Source of the DNA: Alphaproteobacteria bacterium
Lineage (GTDB): Bacteria > Pseudomonadota > Alphaproteobacteria > Bin95
DNA length: 64,000 bases
Direction: 5' to 3'
Assembly: GCA_965205265.1 (NCBI GenBank)
Contig: CBDBGH010000003.1
Location: 4,480,001-4,544,000, forward strand
A model generated the notes under the pieces. It saw only the letters and a program-made list of their open reading frames with translations, did not search any database and was not told where the DNA came from. Made by a program: the position numbers and the translations under genes. Shown here one piece after another: positions 10,757 to 22,874 of this stretch (positions are counted from its first letter, which is position 1; each line of letters begins with the position of its first letter).

Positions 10757-11644
10757 ATGATCAAACGCGTTCTCTTCCGGAACCGGCTTCTGCCTTATCT
10801 CCTGATATTGCCGGAAGTCCTGATCGTCTTCGTGTTCTTCTACTGGCCGTCGGCGAAGGCGCTGTTCTGGTCCTTAACCCTCGAGCCGCCGTTCGGCGGA
10901 CCGGCCAAGTGGGTCGGCCTCGATAATTTCCGCCAGCTCTTCGGCTCGTCCGAATATTACGAGTCGGCGGGCATCACCCTCATCTTCGCCTTCTGGACGA
11001 CGGCGATCTCCATGGGGCTCGCGCTCCTGCTGGCGATCTTCGTGGACCGGGTGATCCGGGGACTGGTCGTTTACCGCACGGTGCTGATGTGGCCCTATGC
11101 GGTAGCGGCGCCCGCGGCCGCCGTCGCGTTCCAGTTCATCTTCCAGCCGGGCGTGGGCTTCTTTGCCTTCCTGAACGACATCTGGCCGGGAATATGGGAC
11201 CCGAATATCGTCGGGGCGGACGCGATGTTGATGGTCATCATCGCCGCGTCGTGGAAGAGCATTACCTACAATTTCATCTTTTTCCTGGCGGGCCTGCAGG
11301 CGATTCCCCGCACCTTTGTCGAGGCGGCGGCGCTCGACGGCGCAGGCCCGATACGGCGCTTTATCACCATCGTCTTCCCGCTTTTGAGCCCGACCTTCTT
11401 CTTCCTGCTCGTCATCAATGTCACCGATTCCTTCACCGAGGGCTTCGGCATCATCAACGTGATGACCCAGGGCGGGCCGGGCGGCGCCACCAACATCCTG
11501 GTCTACAAGATCTACCAGGACGGCTTCATCGGCCTTGATCTCAGCGGCTCGTCGGCCCAGTCCGCCGTGCTGATGGCTCTCGTCATCGCGCTGACGTTCG
11601 TCCAGTTCAAGTGGATCGAGCGTCGGATTCACTATGCGGAGTGA
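10757..11644 (+). CDS. UgpA-like ABC permease
   Basis: EAAALDGA loop; paralogue of 3814-4695. Confidence 0.9.
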   Translation: MIKRVLFRNRLLPYLLILPEVLIVFVFFYWPSAKALFWSLTLEPPFGGPAKWVGLDNFRQLFGSSEYYESAGITLIFAFWTTAISMGLALLLAIFVDRVIRGLVVYRTVLMWPYAVAAPAAAVAFQFIFQPGVGFFAFLNDIWPGIWDPNIVGADAMLMVIIAASWKSITYNFIFFLAGLQAIPRTFVEAAALDGAGPIRRFITIVFPLLSPTFFFLLVINVTDSFTEGFGIINVMTQGGPGGATNILVYKIYQDGFIGLDLSGSSAQSAVLMALVIALTFVQFKWIERRIHYAE

Positions 11645-11650
11645 GCGGGC

Positions 11651-12565
11651 ATGATCGAGCGCACACCCGTATTGAACGCCGTGACCCACACGATCCTCGG
11701 GGTCGGCCTGCTCGTGATGTGCTTCCCGCTCGTGATTGCCTTCGTCGCGGCGACGCTGCCCTACGAGGCGGTGATCGACGTGCCGATGACACTGATTCCG
11801 GGGGGCGAGTTGCTGGAAAACGCGGTCAAGGCGTGGGAGCGCGGCGACTTCGCGACCCAGGGGGTCAACAGCGTGGTCATGACGCTTGGCATCCTGTTCG
11901 GCAAGATCGCCTGCGCTTCGCTCACCGCCTTCGCTATCTGCTACTTCAACTTCCGCTTCCGCATGCTGGCCTTCTGGCTGATTTTCATCACGCTGATGCT
12001 GCCGCTGGAAGTGCGCATCGTGCCGACCTACGAGGTGGCGGCGAATGCGCTGCTGCCGCTGCAGCAGCTGTTGGACGTGCTGTGGCTGACCGATTTCGTC
12101 GCCTGGCTCTCCGGGGTCGAGGTCGCGCTGGAGTGGAACCTGCTCGACACCTATTGGGGGCTGACCCTGCCGCTCTTCGCCAGCGCCACGGCCACCTTCT
12201 TGTTCCGGCAGTTTTTCCTCACGATTCCGGAGGAACTGGCGGAAGCGGCGAAGATGGATGGGGCCGGACCGCTGCGCTTCTTCTTCCAGATCCTGCTGCC
12301 GCTTTCCAAGACCAATATCGCCGCGCTCTCCGTAATCATGTTCGTCTTCGGTTGGAACCAGTATCTCTGGCCCCTGCTGATAACGACGGACCCGGACATG
12401 CGCACCCTGGTGATGGGACTGGAGAATCTCATCCCGTCGGAGGACGAGCTGCCGGAATGGAACGTGGCCATGGCGGGCACCCTGATGGTGATGCTGCCGC
12501 CCATTGTCGTCGTGCTGGTGTTGCAGCGCTGGTTCGTCAAGGGGCTGCTCGGCGGCGAGAAATAG
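11651..12565 (+). CDS. UgpE-like ABC permease (about 25-aa insertion relative to copy 1)
   Basis: LMLPLEVRIVPT, EAAKMDGA. Confidence 0.9.
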   Translation: MIERTPVLNAVTHTILGVGLLVMCFPLVIAFVAATLPYEAVIDVPMTLIPGGELLENAVKAWERGDFATQGVNSVVMTLGILFGKIACASLTAFAICYFNFRFRMLAFWLIFITLMLPLEVRIVPTYEVAANALLPLQQLLDVLWLTDFVAWLSGVEVALEWNLLDTYWGLTLPLFASATATFLFRQFFLTIPEELAEAAKMDGAGPLRFFFQILLPLSKTNIAALSVIMFVFGWNQYLWPLLITTDPDMRTLVMGLENLIPSEDELPEWNVAMAGTLMVMLPPIVVVLVLQRWFVKGLLGGEK

Positions 12566-12580
12566 GGGCGAGGTGGGCGG

Positions 12581-13672
12581 ATGGCGAATGTCAGCTTGCG
12601 GCAGGTGAGAAAATCCTTCGGCACAACGGAGGTCATCCACGGCATCGACATCGAAATCGGCGACGGCGAGTTCGCCGTCATCGTCGGCCCGAGCGGTTGC
12701 GGTAAGTCCACCCTGCTCCGGATGATCGCCGGTCTCGAAGCCGTAACCGCGGGCGAGGTCGCCATCGGGGACCGGGTGGTGAACGACCTGGAGCCCAAGG
12801 AGCGCGATGTCGCCATGGTGTTCCAGAATTACGGGCTCTATCCGCACATGACGGCATTTCAGAACATCAGCTATGCGCTCCGGATCGCGCGCCGGCCGAA
12901 GGCCGAGATCCGCGAACGGGTCGAGCGTGTCGCGCGCATTCTGGGCATCGAAGAACTCCTGGCGCGCAAGCCGAGCCAACTGAGCGGCGGCCAGCGCCAG
13001 CGCGTCGCCATGGGCCGCGCCATCATCCGCGAGCCCGATGTCTTCCTGTTCGACGAGCCCCTGTCCAACCTCGACGCCAAGCTCCGCAGCCAGATGCGGG
13101 TTGAGATCAAGCGCCTCCACGACGAGTTGAAGGCCACCAGTATCTTCGTCACGCACGACCAGGTGGAGGCGATGACCATGGCCGACCGGCTGGTGGTCAT
13201 GAATCAGGGAGTGGTCGAGCAGACCGGCACGCCGCGCCAGATCTACCGCCGTCCGGGTTCGACCTATGTAGCAGGCTTCATCGGCGCGCCGGCGATGAAC
13301 CTTCTGCCTGCGGCTCTTTCCGACGATGGCGCCGCCGTCGAAGGCGGGGGGATGGGGCGCATCGCCTTGCCGAACGGCGCGGGACCGGACGGATCGGGAC
13401 GCCGGGTGGTGCTGGGCATCCGGCCGGAACATCTGGCGGTGGTTGCCGACGGCAACGAGGGCCTGCTGTCGGCCCGCCTGCTGTACGCCGAGGACCTGGG
13501 CGCATCGCGTCTGCTGCACTGCGCCGTCGGCGACGACGAACTGATTGTCCACACGCAGGACGAGAGCGGGAACCGTCCGGGCGAGATGTTGCGCCTGGCG
13601 GCGGACCCGGCGAACCTGCACCTCTTCGATGCCGAGAGCGGCCGGCGCCTCGAGGCGACGAGCCGTGGTTAG
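12581..13672 (+). CDS. UgpC-like ABC ATP-binding protein
   Basis: [24 protein letters not shown]. Confidence 0.9.
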   Translation: MANVSLRQVRKSFGTTEVIHGIDIEIGDGEFAVIVGPSGCGKSTLLRMIAGLEAVTAGEVAIGDRVVNDLEPKERDVAMVFQNYGLYPHMTAFQNISYALRIARRPKAEIRERVERVARILGIEELLARKPSQLSGGQRQRVAMGRAIIREPDVFLFDEPLSNLDAKLRSQMRVEIKRLHDELKATSIFVTHDQVEAMTMADRLVVMNQGVVEQTGTPRQIYRRPGSTYVAGFIGAPAMNLLPAALSDDGAAVEGGGMGRIALPNGAGPDGSGRRVVLGIRPEHLAVVADGNEGLLSARLLYAEDLGASRLLHCAVGDDELIVHTQDESGNRPGEMLRLAADPANLHLFDAESGRRLEATSRG

Positions 13673-14570
13673 GCTGTTGGCGGCGATTTTCCTCTGGGCC
13701 GGTGCAATGACCGCCGCCGCGAGCGAGCCGGCGACGGTCCTCGGAACCGCGCCGAAGATCGAGCCGGGCGAACTCAGCCGGGTGCCGAACGAGCAGGCCA
13801 TCGCCAGCCGCATCTGGATGCCGGCGCTCGACGCCGGCTTCGTGCCGCAGGGGCTGACCGTGGCGGGAGACCGGGTCCTGGTTGCCGCCTACAGGAGCAC
13901 TTCGCACCGGGTTTCCAGGGGAGAGAGCCGCGTGTTCGCCGTCGATATGAAGAGCGGCGAACTGGTCGGCGCGTTTCGCCTCCCCGACGATGTCGGCCAT
14001 CCGGGCGGTCTCGCCAACGACCGCCGGGGCACGCTCTTCGTTGCCGACCGGGGCAAGCTCTACCGCATCGACCTGGCGCAGGCGCTTGCCGACGGCGATA
14101 CCGGGGCGGCGATACTGGGACGGGCGGACATCGACCGCGAGATCGGCCCTTCCTTCCTTGCCTGGCACGCCGGCCATCTCTGGTTCGGCCCGTATGAGAA
14201 ATATGGCGAGCCGCGTCTTTATCGCTACCCGGTCACCGAGATATTCCCGGAAGACGGCGGCGTTTACCTGACCGCCGCCGACGATGTGCACAGCATCCCC
14301 ATCGATGTCCGCACCCAGGGCGCCGCATTCGACGACGAGGGCCGTCTGTGGCTCTCGCAGAGCGGGGGCGACGGAGGCGTGGTGCAGCGCCTCGACGCCG
14401 AAACCGGCGAGCTGCTCGACCTCTTCGCGGTGATGGCCGGGATTGAAGACCTGTCGTTCGACGAGGCGGGGACGCTCTGGAGCGTCTCCGAGGCGGGCAG
14501 TCTCAGATGGCGCCGCTGGGAAACCTACTTCCCGTTGATCTTCTCTCTCGATGTCGCGCGGTTGAGATAG
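13665..14570 (+). CDS. Secreted hypothetical protein, probable beta-propeller
   Basis: GTG start overlaps the ugpC2 end; signal peptide; repeated blade-like motifs PQGLTV, HPGGLA, TQGAAFD, IEDLSFD. Confidence 0.7.
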   Translation: MVRLLAAIFLWAGAMTAAASEPATVLGTAPKIEPGELSRVPNEQAIASRIWMPALDAGFVPQGLTVAGDRVLVAAYRSTSHRVSRGESRVFAVDMKSGELVGAFRLPDDVGHPGGLANDRRGTLFVADRGKLYRIDLAQALADGDTGAAILGRADIDREIGPSFLAWHAGHLWFGPYEKYGEPRLYRYPVTEIFPEDGGVYLTAADDVHSIPIDVRTQGAAFDDEGRLWLSQSGGDGGVVQRLDAETGELLDLFAVMAGIEDLSFDEAGTLWSVSEAGSLRWRRWETYFPLIFSLDVARLR

Positions 14571-14599
14571 AGAGGCCTGCGAGACGGTATTGACATCCA

Positions 14600-15838
14600 C
14601 TACGGCGCCGGCGCCGCACGGGCCAGACGCCGGCGCAACAGCATGAAGACGAGATAGCCGAGCAACGCCATCGATCCCATCGAGAGGAACGCGAGCCCCC
14701 AGGCGGTCGTTCCCCCGAGCGGCGCGGCGTGATCGAGAACCGCGCCCACCAGCGGCGGCGCGAACAGCGAACCGCTGAATCCCAGTGTCGAATGCACGGC
14801 AAGCGTCGCGCCACGATGGCCTACTGGGGAGGTGTTGACGGCTCCGGCGGTGAGCGCCGCCGAGTCGGCCTGGATTGCGGCGGAATAGACGAGGCACAGA
14901 ATTGCCACGACAGCAAAGGGCAGCCCCGACGAGAACCCGACAACGGTGCTGAGCGCGAACGTCGTCAGCATCACACAAGTGATCAGGCGCACGCGCCCGA
15001 TCCGCAGCGCCAGCTCCGCACCGCCAATGCTCGAAGCCACCGCAACGAGAGAGGTCACGGCCGCCAGAAGTGTAGCGCTCAACGTGAATTCGCTGCTGCT
15101 GCCAAGGCAGAACACGAGGAACGGCACGACCCACGAGCGCATGGCGAACAGTTCTGCCCCGTGACCCGCATAACCGACGACGAAGCTCATCGTCTTGCGC
15201 GAGCGCAGTACCGGACGGAAATCCAGCAGGTGGCTGCGGACCTGCTTGGCCGCTTCCGGCTTCTGCGGCACGACCAGAGCCGCGACGGCAATGACGGCGA
15301 GCACCGACCCGGCTGCCGTTAGAAGGAACGCGCCGCGCCAGCCGAACCACTCCAGAGCGATGCCTGCGAGAGCATAGGAGACCGCTGTACCGCCGCTGAA
15401 ACAGGCCGTGTAGAACGCGACGGCACGTGCGCGCGGTGCTTTCGTCGACATGCGGTCGGTGAGCACCTTCAGGCCGGGCATGTAGCATCCGGCCATGCCG
15501 GTTCCGGCGATCACGCGCCAAGGCAGGGCGGACCAGAAGCCCGTTGCCAGGAACGCCAGTCCCACCAGTGCCGCTGCGGAGAGCGCCGCGCCAAGGATGA
15601 AGACATAACGGGCGTCGATCCGGTCTGTGATCGCGGTAAGGAAAGGGACTGCGAGCACATAGCCGCCGAAGAACGCGCCCGAGAGCCAACCGGCTGTGAC
15701 ATTGTTCATCTGCCATTCCGGCTGAAGCACCGGCTGCAGAGACCAGTAGGCCGAAAAGCCGGCCATCGCGAACATCAGGGCCATGCACATCACGCTGACC
15801 AGCATTGCCGGCCGTCGTGCTATGGCCTGCGCAATCAC
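14600..15838 (-). CDS. MFS transporter (start approximate)
   Basis: About 12 hydrophobic segments; motif-A-like TDRIDAR and LRIGRVR. Confidence 0.88.
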   Translation of the reverse strand: MIAQAIARRPAMLVSVMCMALMFAMAGFSAYWSLQPVLQPEWQMNNVTAGWLSGAFFGGYVLAVPFLTAITDRIDARYVFILGAALSAAALVGLAFLATGFWSALPWRVIAGTGMAGCYMPGLKVLTDRMSTKAPRARAVAFYTACFSGGTAVSYALAGIALEWFGWRGAFLLTAAGSVLAVIAVAALVVPQKPEAAKQVRSHLLDFRPVLRSRKTMSFVVGYAGHGAELFAMRSWVVPFLVFCLGSSSEFTLSATLLAAVTSLVAVASSIGGAELALRIGRVRLITCVMLTTFALSTVVGFSSGLPFAVVAILCLVYSAAIQADSAALTAGAVNTSPVGHRGATLAVHSTLGFSGSLFAPPLVGAVLDHAAPLGGTTAWGLAFLSMGSMALLGYLVFMLLRRRLARAAPAP

Positions 15839-16317
15839 GGTGCCCGGTCCGTTACCCACGGCAGGCTGACAAGCTGTGGCAATAAGCGCTTCGCCGTCCC
15901 GGATGCCTGTTCGGGAGGCGCTGCCGGTGGAGGCTCTCTTCCCGCGCATCTGCGAAGACGCTCGATGAGGGACGCCGGGGAGAGGAGGACACAATGAACT
16001 TTATCCATCTCACTGGCACCCATAAGTCAAGGGCGGGCTTATTCGGACACACGCAATCGTGCCGAGGATGCAAGCGACATGGCCCGATGGCGTTCCGCCA
16101 GCCGCGCTTCGCGCTTGGAGTTATGGGGTGCGCCGTGTGCCCTGTACCTCCACGGTCCCATCCGGGGGCCGGATGGGACCGGTTTCGGCACGGCTGAGAC
16201 CGCGGGCGGCAAGCATGACGGCCGGATTCGGGTGCGTAATTTCCCATAACCGCAGTTCTGCGAGAATGTCCGGGCCGGGAGCGAGCGCTTGGCTGTCGCT
16301 TGTGCCGGGCCGCGCCG

Positions 16318-17100
16318 TCATTGGCCGGCCCTCCGGAGCATCTGGTCCCCGAAATTTCTCAACCGCAGGAACGGCAGTTCCCTGATCAGCCTGGAAGGAG
16401 GATACCTCAACCGGTCCGCCAGATCGTTGCCGATCAGTTCGCGGGACACCTGGTACATATAGGCGGCCATAGACCGGCGCGCCCCGGCCTCCGTTATTCC
16501 CAGAACGATCGGCGCGCTGTTGACGATACTGTTGGCCATGATCATCGAGTCTTCGTCGGGGGGAGGTTCGCACAAGGCCCCGATCTCGAATGTGCGGGTC
16601 GACGAGGCGAAATCCCGGAACATGATCTCCTCGGGCACGCCCATGAGCGACCCCGCATATCTCCAGACATGCACATAGCCCTCCCGCTCTTCCGCGCTGA
16701 AATCGCCTCCGAGGTTCCCTACATGCTGCATAAGCCGCCCGGAAAAGGCCGCTGCGCCCAGCAGCATGTGCGCCGTGCTGAGCGGCAGTCCGTACTCCGA
16801 CTCGTCCCACTCCTCCGTCTGCCTTATCAGCCGTCTCGCCTGGGCGTGGATCAGGCGGATCCTGATGCTCAGCCTCCAGCCGTCGCCGCCCGGAAGGATG
16901 CCGCCGGGCATGTATTGGTCCAGGAGTTGCGCCAGGTTCTGTTTCAGCCGGCGAACGCCATTCTCGACGATCCTGCTCCTGATGCGGAACGACTTGCTGA
17001 TCAGGGTCGAGAAGCCCTCGATGATCGCGCCTCCGACAAGCGCCCCGAGCACCATGTCGGAGTTACGCAGAAAGCCCCTGGTCGCCCGCGACCGAACCAT
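16318..17100 (-). pseudogene. MpaB/Lcp (DUF2236)-like heme oxygenase, apparently N-terminally truncated
   Basis: RIRLIHAQARR, W..SEYGLPLS and EREGYVHVWRYAGSLMGVP motifs. Only 260 aa, with no clear RBS. Confidence 0.6.
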
Positions 17101-17187
17101 CGGCCGGTCGAAGCTGGTTCCGCTGGCCCTGCCTCCGGAGTGACATTCTTGCGAGGCGGAGCGGGCGACGAGGGTCGCGCTCCTCCA

Positions 17188-18354
17188 TTATCCGGGCGGG
17201 CATTCCTCCCTGGCGCCCTTCCAAATCAGCAGGCGGCCCTGGCCGTCGAGGAAGCAATTGCCGGACCAGCTCCCCGGAGTGCGCGCGCCACCCGCGGTGA
17301 CATAGACCCCCGGCTGCCCGTCCACCGAGCCGTCGCGATACTCGTATTCGAGGCTGTTGCCGCTGGCGTAGCGATCCACCCACCGGCCTTGCTTCATGCC
17401 GTTCACATAGGAGCCTTCATCGACCCTGCCGCTGGCATAGCGGTCCACCCATCGGCCGTGCTTCCTGCCGTCCAGGTAAGGGCCCCGGTCGATTCTGCCG
17501 TCGGCGTAGCGGACGATCCACAGGCCCTGCATCCTGCCGCTGTCAAGTGCGCCGATGAGTTCGGCCGATCCCCCGGCCCACGTTGCCGCCAGCACGCCCT
17601 GTCCATCGGCGACGCCGGCCCGGCATTCGCCCGACCAGGCCCAGCTTATCCGCTGATCGTAGTAGTCGTACCAGAAGCGACAGCCCGGCGGGGCCGCGAG
17701 TTCCCGCCAGCATGCGGCGCCCGGGCTCATGCCTACACATGTCGGCACGAGGTCGGCGGCCGGGTCCCGGGGCGCGGGCTGGACGAGCCGCGAGGCGTGA
17801 ACGAAGGCCGCGCCGCCGTCCGGCGCCTCGATCCTGAGCCACGCCCCGGCCTCGCCCGTCACCCGCACCTCCCGGCCGGCCTCCAGCGCACCGGCCCTGG
17901 CGTGGCCGGTTCCGGGTCCGCTGCGGATGGCAGCCTGCGCCCGCGCCTGCATTACCCGGTCGGCCGGCGTGACGGCGGGCTCGCTGCTTTCGTCCGCAGC
18001 CTCTGCCGCCACCGTGCAGCCGAAGCGGGCGAAGCCTTCGATGCGCACCGGGCCCCTGCCGTCGCAATTGCCGGCCTGGCGCTGGAAATGCGCGGCGCAG
18101 CTCTCCGCCTGCCATTCGAAGACCGGCAGGCAGCGGGCGTATTTCCGGTTGTCGCCGTCGCTCTCGAAGCTCGTGTTCAGCCGGCAAAGTGCGATCCTGC
18201 CCTCGACGCCCTTCCGGCAGATCTCGCGGCTCTGCGACACTTCCGCATAGGAGGCCCCGCCGATATCCCCGAGTTTCGGCTTCAACTCCTTTCCGCCCGC
18301 CGCGGCGAGCGGGGCCAGAAGGAGCGCAAGGCAGGCCGTCCCGAACCGCAGCAT
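17188..18354 (-). CDS. Secreted protein: Cys-rich N-domain, bacterial SH3 domain, MORN-like repeats
   Basis: GGAGGT RBS, signal peptide, IRSGPG...WLRI...FVH (SH3b), WSGECRAGVADGQG, 23-aa GxWVDRYASG repeats. Confidence 0.8.
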   Translation of the reverse strand: MLRFGTACLALLLAPLAAAGGKELKPKLGDIGGASYAEVSQSREICRKGVEGRIALCRLNTSFESDGDNRKYARCLPVFEWQAESCAAHFQRQAGNCDGRGPVRIEGFARFGCTVAAEAADESSEPAVTPADRVMQARAQAAIRSGPGTGHARAGALEAGREVRVTGEAGAWLRIEAPDGGAAFVHASRLVQPAPRDPAADLVPTCVGMSPGAACWRELAAPPGCRFWYDYYDQRISWAWSGECRAGVADGQGVLAATWAGGSAELIGALDSGRMQGLWIVRYADGRIDRGPYLDGRKHGRWVDRYASGRVDEGSYVNGMKQGRWVDRYASGNSLEYEYRDGSVDGQPGVYVTAGGARTPGSWSGNCFLDGQGRLLIWKGAREECPPG

Positions 18355-18491
18355 CGGTCAACCTCCATCGGCGGAACCGCCCACGCAGGGCCGGATGCAA
18401 CCTAGCGGTATCGGTTTACCCGATACAAGGCGCCGGCGCGCAATGCGGACGTGTCATGACAGCGAGGAGAAAACCGGGCTAGGTTCGTGCC

Positions 18492-19883
18492 ATGCGATAC
18501 GACCCGAAAACCTTCCGGGGCCTGACCTTCCACGACGCGCTCCCGGCCTTTCGCGAGGGCAGCGATACGCCGCGCGCCTGGCTGGAGCGCTGCCTCGAGG
18601 TGATCGAGGCGCGCGAGCCGGTCCTTCAGGCGCTGGTTGCGACGGACATCGAGGGCGCGCGCGAGGCGGCGGATGCAAGCGCGGAACGCTGGCGCGCGGG
18701 CCGGCCGCTCTCGCCCGTGGACGGCATGCCGGTCGGCATCAAGGACCTGCTGGAAACGCGCACCATGCCGACGGAGATGGGCTGCCGGGCGTATCGGGGC
18801 AATTTCCCGAAACGCGACAATGCGGCGGTTTGGGCGCTTAGGCAGGCGGGCGCGCAGATCCTCGCCAAGACCGTGACTGCGGAGCTCGGCGGCGCGCATC
18901 CGGGACCGACCACCAACCCCTTCGACCCGGCGCGGACGCCGGGCGGCTCGTCGTCCGGCTCGGCGGCTGCCGTGGCGGCGGGGATGCTGCCGGCCGCCAT
19001 CGGCAGCCAGGTGGGCGGCTCCATCGTTCGACCGGCCGGCTATTGCGGCAATATCGCGCTCAAGCCCAGCAAGGGGGCGATCAACCGCGGCGAGCGCCAG
19101 GCGAGCAGCCAGAGCGTCAACGGCGTCCACGCCAACTCCATAGAAGACATGTGGCGAGTGGCGGCCGAGATTGCGAGGCGCGTGGGCGGCGATCCCGGCC
19201 ATCGGGGCCTCTGCGGTCCGGCGCACCCGCCGCCCGGCGAGAAGCCCGGCCGCCTTCTCGCCCTGGAGGGTGCGGGCTGGTCGATGCTCGACGATGCGAG
19301 CAAGGAGGCTTTCCACAGCCTGCTGGAATCGGTGGAAGCTGCGGGCGTGTCGGTGCTGCGCCCGGCGGACGATCCGGCGCTGGCGGCGCTCGATGCCGAG
19401 CTCATGCAGGCGTCTCCGATCTGCTATGCGATCATCGGCTGGGAGAGCCGCTGGCTGTACCGTTCGCTGGCGGACCAGGGGCCGGACGCAATCAGCTTCC
19501 GCGCCCGCCGGTCGCTCGAGGCCGCCGAGGCGATGAGCGTGGCGGACTACCGTGCCGCGCTCGCGGGACGCGAAGCGGCGCAGGCGGCATGGGCGCGCGC
19601 GCTGGAGGTCGTGGACGGCGCGCTGATGCTGAGCTGCCCCGGTCCCGCGCACCCCTGGGCGGGCGACAGGCCGGGCGAGCCGCCCATGGCAAGGCCGACG
19701 GGCGACGCGGTGTTCAACACGCCCGCCTCGATCCTGTTCGCCCCGGCGGTCTCCATGCCGCTCATGGCCGTGGGCGGCCTGCCGGTCGGTGCGCAGGTCA
19801 TGGGCGGGCAGGGGGCGGATGCGCGCGTGACCGGCTTCGCCCGCTGGCTGCTGGATGCGGTCGAGCCGGTCGTCATCGGCTAG
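18492..19883 (+). CDS. Amidase signature family protein
   Basis: GIKD, TPGGSSSGSAAAVAAG, GSQVGGSIVRPA (Ser-cisSer-Lys triad). Confidence 0.9.
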   Translation: MRYDPKTFRGLTFHDALPAFREGSDTPRAWLERCLEVIEAREPVLQALVATDIEGAREAADASAERWRAGRPLSPVDGMPVGIKDLLETRTMPTEMGCRAYRGNFPKRDNAAVWALRQAGAQILAKTVTAELGGAHPGPTTNPFDPARTPGGSSSGSAAAVAAGMLPAAIGSQVGGSIVRPAGYCGNIALKPSKGAINRGERQASSQSVNGVHANSIEDMWRVAAEIARRVGGDPGHRGLCGPAHPPPGEKPGRLLALEGAGWSMLDDASKEAFHSLLESVEAAGVSVLRPADDPALAALDAELMQASPICYAIIGWESRWLYRSLADQGPDAISFRARRSLEAAEAMSVADYRAALAGREAAQAAWARALEVVDGALMLSCPGPAHPWAGDRPGEPPMARPTGDAVFNTPASILFAPAVSMPLMAVGGLPVGAQVMGGQGADARVTGFARWLLDAVEPVVIG

Positions 19884-19913
19884 AATGGGGGAGCGACGGA
19901 GGGAGGAAGCGCC

Positions 19914-20861
19914 ATGATCCCGTTGATCGACCTGTCCCGGAGCCGCGAGGAAGTGGCCGGCGCGCTTGCGGCCACGCTGGAGCATGTGGGCTTCTTCATT
20001 GTCGTGAACCACGGCGTGCCGCAGGAGAAGATCGCCGCCATGTTCGCCGAGGCCGAACGCTTCCACGCCCAGCCGGAAGCCGCCAAGCATGCCGTGCTGA
20101 TGAACGAGCACAATAACGGCTACATGGCGATGGCCCGCTACAATGTGCGCACCTCGCGCGTCAGCGAGGCGGAAGCCAAGCCCGACATGAACGAGGCCTT
20201 CTTCATCAAGCGCGAGCGCGGGGCCGACGACCCGCTGGCCGGGCGGCGCTTCGCCGGGCCCAACCGCTGGCCGGAAAACCTGCCGGGCTTCCGCGAGACG
20301 GTGCTCGACTATTGCGAGACGGTGGACCGGCTGGCGCTCTCTGTCCTGCCGGCGCTCTCGCTCTCGCTCGGCCTGCCGGAGGACTGGTTCGGCCCGCATT
20401 TCACCCGCAGCCAGTTCTCCTTCCGGCTCTCGCACTACCCGCCTGCCGAGCGGGAACCGGGCCGCTACGGCATCGCGCCCCACACCGACACCAACTTCCT
20501 CACCTTCCTCGCCCAGTCCGACGTGCCGGGGCTGCAGATCCGCTCCGAAGGCGGGGACTGGGAGGATGTGCCCTTCGTCGAGGACAGCTTCGTCGTAAAC
20601 ACCGGGGATATGCTGCATCGCTGGACCAACGGGCGCTACAAGTCCACCCCGCACCGCGCGCAGCCGCCCCAGGACCGGCACCGCTACGCCATCCCCTATT
20701 TCTTCGGCCCCAATCTCGACGCCGAAATCCGCTGCGCGCCCACCTGCACCGGCTCGGACAACCCGCCCCGCTGGCCGCCCGTCATCTACGAGGACCACCT
20801 CGCCTGGTGGTACGACGCCAACTACAACGCGGACGACCAGAAGGACCTGGCGGCGGAGTGA
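19914..20861 (+). CDS. 2OG-Fe(II) oxygenase, isopenicillin N synthase family
   Basis: IPLIDLS, GFFIVVNHGV, HTD...STPHR...RYAIPYF. Confidence 0.9.
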   Translation: MIPLIDLSRSREEVAGALAATLEHVGFFIVVNHGVPQEKIAAMFAEAERFHAQPEAAKHAVLMNEHNNGYMAMARYNVRTSRVSEAEAKPDMNEAFFIKRERGADDPLAGRRFAGPNRWPENLPGFRETVLDYCETVDRLALSVLPALSLSLGLPEDWFGPHFTRSQFSFRLSHYPPAEREPGRYGIAPHTDTNFLTFLAQSDVPGLQIRSEGGDWEDVPFVEDSFVVNTGDMLHRWTNGRYKSTPHRAQPPQDRHRYAIPYFFGPNLDAEIRCAPTCTGSDNPPRWPPVIYEDHLAWWYDANYNADDQKDLAAE

Positions 20862-20938
20862 GGTCCGGCGGCTCGGGCGGGGAAACTCCCGGGTTCCGCT
20901 CCGGTCCGGCCGGGGAGGAACCGGAACTCGCGGACGGC

Positions 20939-22558
<1,620 letters not shown>

Positions 22559-22641
22559 CCCGCCTCGCTTGACCGGTTCGCCCCGGGGAACGGCCGTCGC
22601 CATGCGCGCCGCGGGCGGTGTCCTCGCACGAAATGAAAATC

Positions 22642-22718
<77 letters not shown>

Positions 22719-22734
22719 TGTTAATGAGAGGGTG

Positions 22735-22763
22735 AATTTAGCCCCGGCCCAGCGTCCGCGCAA
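22735..22763 (-). promoter_or_regulatory. Putative sigma70 promoter of tRNA-Arg
   Basis: TTGCGC-17 bp-TAAATT on the minus strand, just upstream of the tRNA. Confidence 0.6.
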
Positions 22764-22874
22764 GCATTGCCGCGAACCGTTCCCCGCCTTTGGAAAACTC
22801 ATTGGCAGAAGCCGCAATAACGCGCTACTGTCTAGCGATGGGCGGAAAACCGGTGACGTTTCAGGCGGAACATT

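Noticed and set aside
16121-16321. 66-aa minus-strand ORF coupled to the oxygenase stop, faintly like a DapA-family C-terminus
   Set aside because: Resemblance too weak to call without a search.
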